A stretch of 64,000 nucleotides of DNA from a virus. Taxonomy: Duplodnaviria; Caudoviricetes. A program made the translations under genes and the position numbers. Within the stretch, counting starts at the first letter, position 1. Every line of letters starts with the position of its first letter. The notes beneath the pieces are model-generated. The model saw nothing but the letters and a program-made list of their open reading frames with translations. It ran no database searches and had not been told where the DNA came from. Below, in pieces: positions 37,579 to 47,281 of the stretch. The DNA lies in IMG/VR virus record IMGVR_UViG_2974736276_000001, positions 1 to 64,000 of that record. The stretch is one strand, 5' to 3'.

Positions 37579-37714
37579 ATGAATAGATACTCTTAATGTA
37601 AGTTGTTGAATTAGTTAACAGGTAATGCCAGAATGAATAGATACATGCTCATAAATTCTGGGCCAAATGAACTAAGAAATGCATTGTTTGTTTCAATAAG
37701 CGCTTCTAGTAATC

Positions 37715-38188
37715 TCATTTTAACGATTTCCTCAGTTGTTTTTTATATGAATTAGCTAATGATACTTTAGAATCACCTTCATTGAAAGTGAATCCTTTAC
37801 TCAGCATCTCTTTAATCATGTCTTCACGACCTAGACGAGAAAATGCTTTAGATCTGTCAGCCACAAATTGCGGATGAATGTTGTTATCAGAATAATCTGT
37901 TTTAAGGTACTTCAGCAAGTTCTCTAACCATTCGAGGTAGTCAACATCTCGACCTTTAAGACCAGAACGGCTGAACTTGTGCTTCATTTGACCTTCAGCT
38001 GCGTTACACAGATTACATAATAATCCACGAACCTTACCAGCCTTATCACCATTCAAATCATGGTCATGGTCTAAATGATTGCTCTGAACATCCTCATTCA
38101 AAGGACGACCACATACTGGACAGATACCATTTTGGTCATCATAGAATTTTTGTTTTTCTTGTTGGTATAACTTTCCAGTCAATAACAT
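37715..38188 (-). CDS. 49: recombination endonuclease VII
   Basis: MLLTGKLY, CPVC, HLDHDH, RGLLCNLCN. Confidence 0.96.
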   Translation of the reverse strand: MLLTGKLYQQEKQKFYDDQNGICPVCGRPLNEDVQSNHLDHDHDLNGDKAGKVRGLLCNLCNAAEGQMKHKFSRSGLKGRDVDYLEWLENLLKYLKTDYSDNNIHPQFVADRSKAFSRLGREDMIKEMLSKGFTFNEGDSKVSLANSYKKQLRKSLK

Positions 38189-38226
38189 TACACTTACCTT
38201 AAAGATATTAGATAAGTGTATTTATG
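38189..38226 (-). promoter_or_regulatory. late promoter (CATAAATA) plus RBS-occluding hairpin of gene 49
   Basis: TACACTTATC...GGTAAGTGTA-ATG stem; same arrangement as T4 gene 49. Confidence 0.75.
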
Positions 38227-38517
38227 CTAGATTATTTCGAACAGCTCTAGATCTTTGATATGATAATCAGTGAAGATTGCCCATTTAAGCTGGTCTCTAA
38301 ATTTGTCTTTACCATGATTGACAGTTTCAAGATCAAGATAGATATTTTTGCTTACATTGAAAAATTCTGTTATTCCCCAATGATCACCGTCTTCGCAATC
38401 AGTATAGATTGCGTTAATGACTTTAATAGTATCACCAGCTTCTAAATAATCAGAAAGTTCACCGATCATTGACCATTTAACAATTGCTGGATTAACTCTT
38501 AAATATTTTCCAATCAT
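38227..38517 (-). CDS. Pin N-domain-like protein
   Basis: GKYLR...L.AG..IKV...GI......LD...WAIF pattern shared with Pin. Confidence 0.5.
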   Translation of the reverse strand: MIGKYLRVNPAIVKWSMIGELSDYLEAGDTIKVINAIYTDCEDGDHWGITEFFNVSKNIYLDLETVNHGKDKFRDQLKWAIFTDYHIKDLELFEII

Positions 38518-38984
38518 TTTAACCTCGACTCAAGTTCACGAATATACTCAGAAGCTGCCTGCATCAAGTCATATTCTTCTGAGTCACAACCTTCTTGTGC
38601 AGCAAAGGCAGACAATGCATAAGCAATATCAACTTCATGACCATGGAAATGATTCAAACGAATTTTCCCGATCTGTGGAGTTTCTTTAATTGGGTAAGAA
38701 ATATTCGGCGCATTGATTTCTTCAATTTTCGAATCGCGCATATGAATTATACACCAGAACCAAGGTTCATCATTTTCATCTACAGGATTTTCCAATTTAA
38801 AGTTAATGTCAAAAATCTTTGAAGTTCTCAGACACATTAACTTAGTAACACCGACTGCATCAGAATAAATGGTTCCTTCGGTACGAAGAATCTGAAATTC
38901 AAAGCCAGTCTTAATCTCTGGCCATTGCGCAATGGTTTCTTCGTCATCTTCTAAAAGACGATAACATTTACCGATGTAATTCAT
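38514..38984 (-). CDS. pin: host Lon protease inhibitor Pin
   Basis: WPEI..G..F, WC, IAYALSAFAAQE..D..E.DLMQAASEYIRELE. Confidence 0.85.
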   Translation of the reverse strand: MNYIGKCYRLLEDDEETIAQWPEIKTGFEFQILRTEGTIYSDAVGVTKLMCLRTSKIFDINFKLENPVDENDEPWFWCIIHMRDSKIEEINAPNISYPIKETPQIGKIRLNHFHGHEVDIAYALSAFAAQEGCDSEEYDLMQAASEYIRELESRLK

Positions 38985-39385
38985 TTGGCCGCCAATTGAG
39001 TTTCAAGTTCATTGATATAAACCAGTGCATCAGCATGTACACTAGACCGTGAATTAATCAAAGCATTTTTGATGTGAGCAACTCGTTGAACTTGATTTGG
39101 CTCACAATGAATTTCTTCATGCGGTAATGCACGACGAATTAATTCTTCTTCATCAGAATCAGTATCTGAATTCATTACAAAGAAAGCCCAATATCGAGAA
39201 CCACTATCTTTACGAATGTCAAGCACTGCACCAGTATTAACATCTAAGATACGCACAATACCCGTTGGGTCATCTTCGTCCATTTCAAGTACTTTGAACT
39301 GAAATCCTTCAACAATTTCAGGAAATTCATGGAATAAACCTGTGTCATCATTAACTAAAATGTATTGATTATTGATATAGCTCAT
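38981..39385 (-). CDS. Pin paralog
   Basis: DTGL...PEI..GFQFKVLE...TGIV.I......DI...YW...YINELE. Confidence 0.65.
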   Translation of the reverse strand: MSYINNQYILVNDDTGLFHEFPEIVEGFQFKVLEMDEDDPTGIVRILDVNTGAVLDIRKDSGSRYWAFFVMNSDTDSDEEELIRRALPHEEIHCEPNQVQRVAHIKNALINSRSSVHADALVYINELETQLAAK

Positions 39386-39518
39386 AACGTTCCTCATAAT
39401 CTAGAAGTTCACAATCAGTGGGATCATTATAATCCTCCTGCTCTGAAGCATAATCTTCAGGTGGTTCAGGCTCTAAAGTTTCCCATCGAGCGCTGAACCA
39501 AGGTTTTGGACCAATCAC
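39369..39518 (-). CDS. gp49.1-like acidic protein
   Basis: PKPWFSARWETLEPE; synteny. Confidence 0.55.
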   Translation of the reverse strand: MIGPKPWFSARWETLEPEPPEDYASEQEDYNDPTDCELLDYEERYELYQ

Positions 39519-39880
39519 GGCTGTGCTTGTGGCTCCGGAACTTTGTTCAATGGAACAGTATTCCAAACACGAACAATTTTCTTCACTTCTTTTTCTTCAA
39601 GTGTAACTATTGAAATGTCAGGAGCATCATACGATTCCCAACCTTGATAGTAGTCGCCCGAGCGAGATTCATTAACTGCAATGTACACTTCGTGTTTAGT
39701 ATCATAATAGACGCTTTGACGATATTGCATTTTGTGATTCTGTGTCCAGTCTTCTTGCTCTACAACTTGAAAACGATCTTCATCGTCTTCTATTTCATGA
39801 GACCATGTTCCAGACCAACTGCTTTGTGATACATATTCTTCGCGAATTTCCGCTAGAATTTCATTTGCTGTTAAACTCAT
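39515..39880 (-). CDS. hypothetical protein
   Basis: acidic 121-aa ORF containing SRSGDYY. Confidence 0.6.
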   Translation of the reverse strand: MSLTANEILAEIREEYVSQSSWSGTWSHEIEDDEDRFQVVEQEDWTQNHKMQYRQSVYYDTKHEVYIAVNESRSGDYYQGWESYDAPDISIVTLEEKEVKKIVRVWNTVPLNKVPEPQAQP

Positions 39881-40148
39881 AATTTTCTACCTCGTGCCAT
39901 GAACAATCAATTTCCGCATCTACACCATCAGGGAATTCAATACCAATTACGTTATCATCTTGGTCATATACTTCTTCACCAATATAAGACCATTGTACAC
40001 CATGTAAAATATTACCTTGCAGTACTCGCCACTCACCCCATGCATGAAGAGTTAAACTATCAGTATCAGCTCTACGTCGCAATTCATTCAATACTGCTAT
40101 CTCTAAATCAACTTGATCACCAGCTGGAAGAGTTAAATCAATACTCAT
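39861..40148 (-). CDS. hypothetical acidic protein
   Basis: ORF track. Confidence 0.55.
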   Translation of the reverse strand: MSIDLTLPAGDQVDLEIAVLNELRRRADTDSLTLHAWGEWRVLQGNILHGVQWSYIGEEVYDQDDNVIGIEFPDGVDAEIDCSWHEVENYEFNSK

Positions 40149-40339
40149 ATTTTCACCATGCACTCAGAAGTTTTCCATTTAGGAGAATATTCTCCCTGCG
40201 GATAATATTCGGGACGAACTTTACAGCGTTCATACTTAGGACAAATTTTAGCAATATAAGCTATAGTTAATCCATTACCACCAAAATAAATTGCTACTCG
40301 GTCACCTATGAACAATTCATTGCCAAGGAAATCTTTCAT
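40145..40339 (-). CDS. hypothetical SH3-like small protein
   Basis: MKDFLGNEL.IGD.V. Confidence 0.6.
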   Translation of the reverse strand: MKDFLGNELFIGDRVAIYFGGNGLTIAYIAKICPKYERCKVRPEYYPQGEYSPKWKTSECMVKI

Positions 40340-40359
40340 TTTAACTCCAATGTATTACA

Positions 40360-40390
40360 CATGATACATATAAGTTTAATATGTATCATG
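40360..40390. repeat. 12-bp perfect inverted repeat, intergenic
   Basis: CATGATACATAT-aagttta-ATATGTATCATG. Confidence 0.85.
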
Positions 40391-40398
40391 CATTGAAC

Positions 40399-40677
40399 TT
40401 AGAACTTGTACTTCATTAATTCAGTGAAACCACCAATATGCTCGCCGGTATCTTCACGGAAGATTTGAGGCATAGTCAAACCAGTTTTGCTTTCACGACC
40501 AAGACGATGCAACAGTTCAGCAATAACTTCTTCGTTAAAAACTGGGCCATTTTCATCTTTACCTGTTACGACTGAGATAAATTCAAAATCATGTCCTTTT
40601 GCTTTACAAAAGCGCTTTGAATTATCACATGGTGTGCATTTATGGATTGTTGAGTCGTAACCGAAAATTGTCAACAT
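40399..40677 (-). CDS. nrdC: thioredoxin/glutaredoxin NrdC
   Basis: GYDSTIHKCTPCDNSKR...GLTMPQIF...HIGGF. Confidence 0.93.
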   Translation of the reverse strand: MLTIFGYDSTIHKCTPCDNSKRFCKAKGHDFEFISVVTGKDENGPVFNEEVIAELLHRLGRESKTGLTMPQIFREDTGEHIGGFTELMKYKF

Positions 40678-40909
40678 CTAAAAGTTCCTCTTGTAATTGT
40701 TTGACATGAGCAGGATTACTCAGATCAATATTATTCTTTTTAATATACTGCAAAACTGACCATGACACACCAGAAGCAGCTTTCATTCTTCGTCTCAGAA
40801 GATCTTTTTCCAAAACATCAACAAGATCTTCTGGGAACAGCATTCCTAAATAACGATAAGCGCCATTATATAATTCTTTCGTAGCTTCAGGATTAATTTT
40901 GCCCATCAA
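40640..40909 (-). CDS. hypothetical protein
   Basis: ORF track. Confidence 0.55.
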   Translation of the reverse strand: MMGKINPEATKELYNGAYRYLGMLFPEDLVDVLEKDLLRRRMKAASGVSWSVLQYIKKNNIDLSNPAHVKQLQEELLDVDNFRLRLNNP

Positions 40910-42030
40910 AGCGCCTCAAGAATCTGTTTGAATTTGCGTTGCTGAGTAGACTTTTGATTAATCTGCTCTGTGATTGTATCACGGTGGCTAATAAGCGAAC
41001 CTAACTCATCAGATAATTCAGCTACCTTTTTCTCAAAGAATCGACGAATATCATCTTCGTTAATTTCAGATACGGAACTAACACCCACTAATTGAGCTGG
41101 AGAAGTCTCTACAACTTTTTCTTCTTTAGGAGCTTCATTCTTCATGCCCATATTAATTCTAAAATTAGCCAGCACATAGTTTCTGCAATTAGGAAGATTA
41201 GCATGATTACCAGTTCCTACATGCAAGCCTGAAACATGCGGCATATTTTCCAGTGCAGCTTTAACAATTGACTGAATTCGATTATGGGTATTAGTCTTTC
41301 CTTTTTTAGACACATGACGGAATTTAATCGACACATCATAGATGTCATTTGAATGTTGCAATACCTCAATGTAATAACGAAGTTCAGCATCATTAAAACA
41401 TTCTTTTTCATATGAAGAATTAGTTCTGCACATTTGAAGAGGAACGTTAACTCGAGTTCGATCTTGTCCAGAAAGAGCTATACCATTTTTAAAAAGATAG
41501 CTCATGCCCGACGCAATAATATCTCGAGCAACTTCAGCATTACTGCTTTCTTCACTACGCCATGATGAAATGCTACGAATTCTTACGCTCGCTCTAATAA
41601 ATTCAGCATTTCCAGCTCGACCGATGAATTGATTATGGCTGAATTGTTTTAACAATGATTTAGACGAATCTACCGCGTTCCAAGCTGAAATAAATCCACC
41701 ACTAACAAGAATCCGAGTCAGTTGCTCGATTTCATCAATCCATCGAGAGGAAGATCCATTCAGTGGAAATTTTGGTTTAATAACATTCTTCAAATTAGAA
41801 TAACAACCAAACTTAGAACCATTCAACCAAGAATAAATTTCTTTATGATAATTTGATTTAAGCATCAAATCAAAGTTCTTACCAAAATGATCTTTCGCAT
41901 GTGATTGAATTTCAGAAAGAATTCTAACTCGAATTTCTTTCGCAGTTGATTTTTCGTGGCCCATATTCTTTACAATATGTTTTATTTCAGGAATAGCTAC
42001 GATTGAATCGAATAATTTTTGTGCATTCAT
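40906..42030 (-). CDS. hypothetical protein with C-terminal coiled coil (nrdC.x region)
   Basis: 374-aa ORF. Confidence 0.7.
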   Translation of the reverse strand: MNAQKLFDSIVAIPEIKHIVKNMGHEKSTAKEIRVRILSEIQSHAKDHFGKNFDLMLKSNYHKEIYSWLNGSKFGCYSNLKNVIKPKFPLNGSSSRWIDEIEQLTRILVSGGFISAWNAVDSSKSLLKQFSHNQFIGRAGNAEFIRASVRIRSISSWRSEESSNAEVARDIIASGMSYLFKNGIALSGQDRTRVNVPLQMCRTNSSYEKECFNDAELRYYIEVLQHSNDIYDVSIKFRHVSKKGKTNTHNRIQSIVKAALENMPHVSGLHVGTGNHANLPNCRNYVLANFRINMGMKNEAPKEEKVVETSPAQLVGVSSVSEINEDDIRRFFEKKVAELSDELGSLISHRDTITEQINQKSTQQRKFKQILEAL

Positions 42031-42239
42031 TTTTTAATCCTTATTTCATAGATAATTGCATCACAAAGATTTAATACACCTGCTCCAGTGTCAATATACT
42101 GATCTTCTCCATTTTGAACAACCGGAGCCCAAACATCATATGAGTCATAATCAGTTGCATAGCACACTTCAATTACAGGAGCCAATAAAGGCTCCACATT
42201 CATATCTTCAAGCAGTTGATTTTTCATCTTCACCTTCAA
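42027..42239 (-). CDS. hypothetical protein
   Basis: ORF track. Confidence 0.5.
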   Translation of the reverse strand: MKVKMKNQLLEDMNVEPLLAPVIEVCYATDYDSYDVWAPVVQNGEDQYIDTGAGVLNLCDAIIYEIRIKK

Positions 42240-42256
42240 ATTACAAAAAGAGTATT

Positions 42257-42427
42257 TTATAACGCTTCAACACCAGCTGCATCACGTAACTCATAGGATG
42301 CAATATGTTCCGATGTAAAGACCTCATCACCCAGACGAATTTCGATGTCTAATCCACCATTCCACCCGTGAAACTTTACATCAAGAAAAAGATTTTCTCT
42401 TAACCATTGAATTTGTTCTTCAGTCAT
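42257..42427 (-). CDS. small hypothetical protein (56 aa, MTEEQIQWL...)
   Basis: translated by hand; fills the gap. Confidence 0.55.
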   Translation of the reverse strand: MTEEQIQWLRENLFLDVKFHGWNGGLDIEIRLGDEVFTSEHIASYELRDAAGVEAL

Positions 42428-42680
42428 TTTTCCATTCCAAAGTTCTAGCTATTCGGTGAGGAGCGATATTCCAAAAAGAGTCTTTACACTTTGTTGCACA
42501 GAACTTGTGTTGATAGGTTTTCTTTTTGATAGCCTTTCCACACCAAGGGCAGTTAATCTTATCACCGACTTTAGCTATATCATTTTTGAGGTACTGCTTT
42601 TTGCATTGATAGAAGAGAAGCTCTAACTCCTCTTCTTCTGTGGGCTCATATTCCCACGCTTCATCAAGACCGTAGCCCAT
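42420..42680 (-). CDS. zinc-finger protein (CPWC...FC..KC)
   Basis: treble-clef-like Cys pattern. Confidence 0.6.
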   Translation of the reverse strand: MGYGLDEAWEYEPTEEEELELLFYQCKKQYLKNDIAKVGDKINCPWCGKAIKKKTYQHKFCATKCKDSFWNIAPHRIARTLEWKND

Positions 42681-43387
42681 TATTCTTTTAACTCATACTT
42701 TTGAATTTCTTCTTCATCGAAGATGGCTTTATCGCCATCTAAAAGAAGGTCAATCCACATGCGGGCAGTGCTATTATTACGAGTAGTGTTCTTATAAAGA
42801 ATGTCTTCTGGCTTGCAATAGAACCAAACACCATCTTCAGCGCCAATCATATAACCACGATACTTCATGGTCACATAAGAACCATCGTCATACTTATCAT
42901 TAAAGTCAGTCAGTGAATCAGACTTTTCACCAAAGTTAACGCCTTGTGCCTTTTCGTAATCACGATCATTGAAGTCTTTAGAGTACCAAGATTCATGAGT
43001 TTTAATGTTCAGTTCATGGTCATTACGAGTGCCTGTACAGCGTCCAATATCGCGACGTGAGTAACGACCAATGCCGAATTGATCAGACATAGTTTCATAA
43101 CTTTTTCCGGCATTATGAACTTTCATCATCTTAACTTTAAGACCACCAAGTGTTTCATACTCTTGGCCGAGCTGAAGATACGATGGGCTATCATAAGAAA
43201 CCACTGATGTTACCTGAATGTTAGTTACTTCAGGATGTTGGTTCTGCACCAACTTAGCAATAGCATTATAACCATCAGTTGCCATAATAGTTTCTTTAGA
43301 TAATTTGCCGTTCCAAACATCATAAACAAACATCTTATATTCTACAGTGAATTCAACTTCTTTAATTTCATGATTAACATCAAACAT
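42680..43387 (-). CDS. hypothetical protein
   Basis: 235-aa ORF. Confidence 0.65.
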   Translation of the reverse strand: MFDVNHEIKEVEFTVEYKMFVYDVWNGKLSKETIMATDGYNAIAKLVQNQHPEVTNIQVTSVVSYDSPSYLQLGQEYETLGGLKVKMMKVHNAGKSYETMSDQFGIGRYSRRDIGRCTGTRNDHELNIKTHESWYSKDFNDRDYEKAQGVNFGEKSDSLTDFNDKYDDGSYVTMKYRGYMIGAEDGVWFYCKPEDILYKNTTRNNSTARMWIDLLLDGDKAIFDEEEIQKYELKE

Positions 43388-43854
43388 TATGATTTCCTCG
43401 CCAACTCTTCTTTAAACGTTTTGACTAATTCTACACCGTAATTAGCCAATGCATACTCAACCAGGGATTCACGAATGACCTTCGGAGTGACTGCAAACTG
43501 TTGGTAATAGTTCCATAAGCCTTGCTCTTGCTTAAACACTCGATTCATCCGAGTGATCGCTTCGTCAGCTGATTTCATGAAAGCTACTAATACTTTCAAC
43601 ATGTATTCAGACTTGACTTGAGACGCAAATACTGCATTCATTTTAATAGCAACTTCTAATTCGCGATAAGCCGAATTCATTTCTGCCAAATAACGAACGT
43701 CTTTCTCAGATAATTTGTTATAGCGATAAAGCTCTTCGCAAATATCGATAGTGCGCTTTTCAATTTTAGTAATTGTAGTCGCTACGCCACCAAAGATTTG
43801 CTGAGGAGGATATTGCATACATTTACGAACGAATACATCAGTTCCATTAAGCAT
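43387..43854 (-). CDS. hypothetical protein (nrdC.x region)
   Basis: 155-aa ORF. Confidence 0.6.
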   Translation of the reverse strand: MLNGTDVFVRKCMQYPPQQIFGGVATTITKIEKRTIDICEELYRYNKLSEKDVRYLAEMNSAYRELEVAIKMNAVFASQVKSEYMLKVLVAFMKSADEAITRMNRVFKQEQGLWNYYQQFAVTPKVIRESLVEYALANYGVELVKTFKEELARKS

Positions 43855-44089
43855 TTACAGCCTCTTCATTACATTTAGCATTGCTAACTAAGATCAGAAG
43901 AACTAATGCTGCGCCGCTAATCCAGAAAGTCGGATCGTGAGCAATAGCATGAGTAGTAGCTTCGATTTTGTCAGAAAAGTGATCAGCAAAAAGACGGAAA
44001 TCAATTTTAGTCATGAACCACTTATAATCAAAGTTGCCTTCACCAGTCCAAACGTTGTACAGCGATTTAATCATTTCAAAAATATTCAT
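43847..44089 (-). CDS. hypothetical membrane protein
   Basis: C-terminal TM segment; AGGAG SD; early promoter at 44113-44150. Confidence 0.6.
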   Translation of the reverse strand: MNIFEMIKSLYNVWTGEGNFDYKWFMTKIDFRLFADHFSDKIEATTHAIAHDPTFWISGAALVLLILVSNAKCNEEAVNA

Positions 44090-44148
44090 GTTATTCTCCT
44101 CAGTTTTGATAAGGCTATAGTATTACACTATAGCCCGGCTGTACACTA

Positions 44149-45126
44149 TTATTTCAGCATAGTTACTTCAGCGATATCTTTCCAGTTTTTGTTGTCTGTT
44201 GCTACAAAGTCTGCGATATAGAGAGCAGTACGAAGAGATACGTTACGAAGGCGAGCTACGTTATCCTTCATCCACATTACAACTTCAATCACATCTGAAT
44301 TCTTTAAGCCACGTTTCTGAAGCATATCAGTAGTCATGATAACATCTTCAACACGAATCATGATTTCTTCATTAGTGTGGACACAAAGGTCCAAGTAAAC
44401 TGAACGAGATACCAAAGCATTGATGTGTGGAGACAGTTTAGAACCTTTCTCTAATTCACGATCAACATCAACGTTAGTGATAAACACTACAGTTCCTTCG
44501 AACTCAAATTCATTAGGGATGCTCTTATCATCTAAGTAGCTTGAAGCTGTTCCCCAACATACTTTACGTTTCTCACCAGAATCCAAAGCTGCTTTAAGCA
44601 AGTTCAGAATATCCATGTCTGAGAATACATCAACATCATCAATCATTAACACAGAGTTTGCTGAACGATTTTCGTAGAGTTTGCAGTAAAGACCGATGCC
44701 TGAAATTTTACCATTCAGAAGGTTGTATTCAATCTGACCAGCATTTTTAGCATTAGTCAATGCTTTATCTAAGCTGTAAGTCTTACCGATACCTGCAGCA
44801 CCTGAGATAATCAGAGAGCGTACATTTCCGGTGATGATTCCTTTTGACATCATAGACATTACATTGAAACGCTTGCGAATTGTTTCTTTGATTTCGTCTA
44901 CTGAACGAATCACTTCAACTTTACGTTCAGCACCAGTCATTTCGATATCAGACTTGAACACCCAAACACCACGTTCTTTACCATCAATCATTACAAACAC
45001 TTTACCATCACCGTTTACTGCTTCATGCTCTGGCAGAGAGTCTGGGAACCATGTTTTAGTCATGGTGAAAGTTCCAGAAATTTCTTTACCTGCATACTTA
45101 CCGGTGTTGATAGTTACTGTTGACAT
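44149..45126 (-). CDS. NrdC.10-like AAA ATPase
   Basis: SGAAGIGKT, IDDVD, LLKAALD; synteny. Confidence 0.85.
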   Translation of the reverse strand: MSTVTINTGKYAGKEISGTFTMTKTWFPDSLPEHEAVNGDGKVFVMIDGKERGVWVFKSDIEMTGAERKVEVIRSVDEIKETIRKRFNVMSMMSKGIITGNVRSLIISGAAGIGKTYSLDKALTNAKNAGQIEYNLLNGKISGIGLYCKLYENRSANSVLMIDDVDVFSDMDILNLLKAALDSGEKRKVCWGTASSYLDDKSIPNEFEFEGTVVFITNVDVDRELEKGSKLSPHINALVSRSVYLDLCVHTNEEIMIRVEDVIMTTDMLQKRGLKNSDVIEVVMWMKDNVARLRNVSLRTALYIADFVATDNKNWKDIAEVTMLK

Positions 45127-45132
45127 TTTATT

Positions 45133-45212
45133 CTCCAATGATTTAGTCTGTATTGACTTGATGGAGCTATAATATCATGGTGAGCAAGAGTGTACACTAC
45201 TTTGTGAATAAA
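45133..45212 (-). promoter_or_regulatory. early promoter-stem-loop-SD cassette
   Basis: GTGTAC...TATTAT-AGCTCCATCAAGTC-AATACA-GACT...TGGAG. Confidence 0.75.
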
Positions 45213-45216
45213 AAGC

Positions 45217-45236
45217 AAAAACCTCCCGAAGGAGGT
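45217..45236 (-). terminator. terminator (UUCG)
   Basis: ACCTCC-TTCG-GGAGGTTTTT. Confidence 0.8.
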
Positions 45237-45505
45237 CAAGGTTTGCGAGGAGGTTGTGGAGAGATTTTGATTTTTGATTTAGGTTTGAACTTGTTCATAT
45301 GCCAGTTTGCAATTCTCACAGGAGTGTATAGAACACCTCTAACGATATAAGAAAGCATCCAGGCAACCATCACTGGCAACCAAAAGCATGTGATGAACCA
45401 GAAGTCTGATGCATCATTAACAGAATTATCTTTAAGAGCTTTTAAAGTGATCAAGTAGCCAACAATCAAATAAACTATTACTACAAGAGCAATCAATAAA
45501 ATCAT
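45236..45505 (-). CDS. membrane protein
   Basis: two hydrophobic segments with FWLP. Confidence 0.65.
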   Translation of the reverse strand: MILLIALVVIVYLIVGYLITLKALKDNSVNDASDFWFITCFWLPVMVAWMLSYIVRGVLYTPVRIANWHMNKFKPKSKIKISPQPPRKP

Positions 45506-45670
45506 TCTTTCACCAGTTTAGTAACTACTTCGGCTATCGCTAACCGAAGTACTTTATTTGTGGCAGAGATGCGAGGCGTCTTTGCATCAACAAAGGGCGA
45601 GATGACATACCAGATATCATCTACAGAACCTTTTACGATTGAAAGATTGTATTGCTCGATCAGCTCGATA

Positions 45671-46684
45671 TTAGCGTAACCCATAATAACCCTTAACATT
45701 CTCAAGATAAACTTGTTCAGTAAAGTCATGCCAGAACTTCATATCAACTTGGCTCGGCATACCATTTTTACGAGCTTGTTCAGATAAAATTTCTACAGAA
45801 GAAACTACTTCTTCCAATGCTTCCTGAACTTCTTTAAAATCGATATTACCTGCTTTAACTTGTTTAAGCAGTTCAGCATCAGCTAAAGGATATTTCAAGT
45901 CACCAGTGCGATAGATTTCTTGCAACTGATAACCACCGCGAAGTGCATGACTCAGAGCTTTCCAGTCGATACCTTCATTCCGTTCAGCTTGTCGTGCACG
46001 TTCACCGAATTCTTTGTCCAGTTTATAGACGGATGATTTCATCATTTCAACTGAAATTGAAGCTTGGAACTTACGACCCAGAACTTCATAGAACACCTGA
46101 TCGCCACCTTTATCGTCTTTAGTATGAACCCAATATGCAAATTCATTGACCGGCAGAGTAGATGCAATATCTTTAACACGCTGGCGGCGTTCAGATTGGC
46201 CCATAGAACTAATTTCAAGAACATTGTTATCAGTTTTATTCAGAACATTAACGACTTCAGTTAATGCTGCAACACGAGAACCTTTAACACCGTACTTTGA
46301 AGCTTGTTTACGAACATACCCGAGATATGCTTTCATATCTGTAGTATAGAAACGTGCACGGTTTGCTTTAATGAATTCCCAGACTTCAGGTAATTCAGAA
46401 TGAACGATCATATTGTCTGGAGTATGAAGCATATCCAGAGCAACAGTTTCGCCTTTAGAAGCCAAGTTAAAGAAATATTTCAGGCTGAACAACTCATGAT
46501 CAACATCATCTTTAGTGTTGCGAGATGCAGAATCATTAGTGTTCATATTCATATGATTCTTTACTGAATCTGTCATGATTTCACGTGCAGAAGGAATATA
46601 GATTTCTTTGAAATCAACATCACTTTCTGGTGTAGAGGTTCCATAAAGATGGGAACCAAAATATGCTTTAATTACTGTCTTCAC
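45671..46684 (-). CDS. NrdC.11-like nucleotidyltransferase
   Basis: GSHLYGTSTPESDVDFK Pol-beta-type motif; synteny. Confidence 0.88.
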   Translation of the reverse strand: MKTVIKAYFGSHLYGTSTPESDVDFKEIYIPSAREIMTDSVKNHMNMNTNDSASRNTKDDVDHELFSLKYFFNLASKGETVALDMLHTPDNMIVHSELPEVWEFIKANRARFYTTDMKAYLGYVRKQASKYGVKGSRVAALTEVVNVLNKTDNNVLEISSMGQSERRQRVKDIASTLPVNEFAYWVHTKDDKGGDQVFYEVLGRKFQASISVEMMKSSVYKLDKEFGERARQAERNEGIDWKALSHALRGGYQLQEIYRTGDLKYPLADAELLKQVKAGNIDFKEVQEALEEVVSSVEILSEQARKNGMPSQVDMKFWHDFTEQVYLENVKGYYGLR

Positions 46685-46887
46685 TCAGTCACCTCATAAA
46701 CTTTAATAACATCATAACGGCCATAGTCATACCAGTTAGCTTCAATCATGAATGTTCTTGATTGATCACCAGTATCGCGAAGTTCAAAAATTTTATCACC
46801 TAATTTAAATGAAGTGCTAAAGAATGTATCATGATTAATCATCATTACTTGCATACTGGTTTCAATTAGCTTCATGCAAATTCCCAC
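46681..46887 (-). CDS. hypothetical protein
   Basis: ORF track. Confidence 0.5.
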   Translation of the reverse strand: MGICMKLIETSMQVMMINHDTFFSTSFKLGDKIFELRDTGDQSRTFMIEANWYDYGRYDVIKVYEVTE

Positions 46888-47093
46888 TGACCATTTTTGT
46901 AGATAATTGCCGGAGTAAACTTATCTGAATAAGACGTTTCACCTTTGAGAATATCATAGGTACATTTTATCACATAACCATCATCAAAAGTCAATGTTGC
47001 TACAGGATAAGTCTTGAACAGACGTTTTTCTACTGAAGCCCAGAATACTGCCGGACGATCGTTGATAGTACATGTGTCGAGTTCTTTAATCAT
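46872..47093 (-). CDS. hypothetical protein
   Basis: ORF track. Confidence 0.55.
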   Translation of the reverse strand: MIKELDTCTINDRPAVFWASVEKRLFKTYPVATLTFDDGYVIKCTYDILKGETSYSDKFTPAIIYKNGQWEFA

Positions 47094-47281
47094 TTGAATT
47101 CCTTTGATATCTCGATGACATTAGGATACATCAATTCAAGCTCATCTAGGATTCTTCGTTCACCAGGAAGAGTTGATTGAGTAATATAAAGAGAAGCAGC
47201 ACGAGTCATTTTACTTCCATCGCCATATACTTTTTCTGCTGCTTCATAGTGTGCTTTAGAGTAATTCATATATTTGCTCAT
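47090..47281 (-). CDS. hypothetical protein
   Basis: ORF track, ATGA-coupled. Confidence 0.55.
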   Translation of the reverse strand: MSKYMNYSKAHYEAAEKVYGDGSKMTRAASLYITQSTLPGERRILDELELMYPNVIEISKEFK

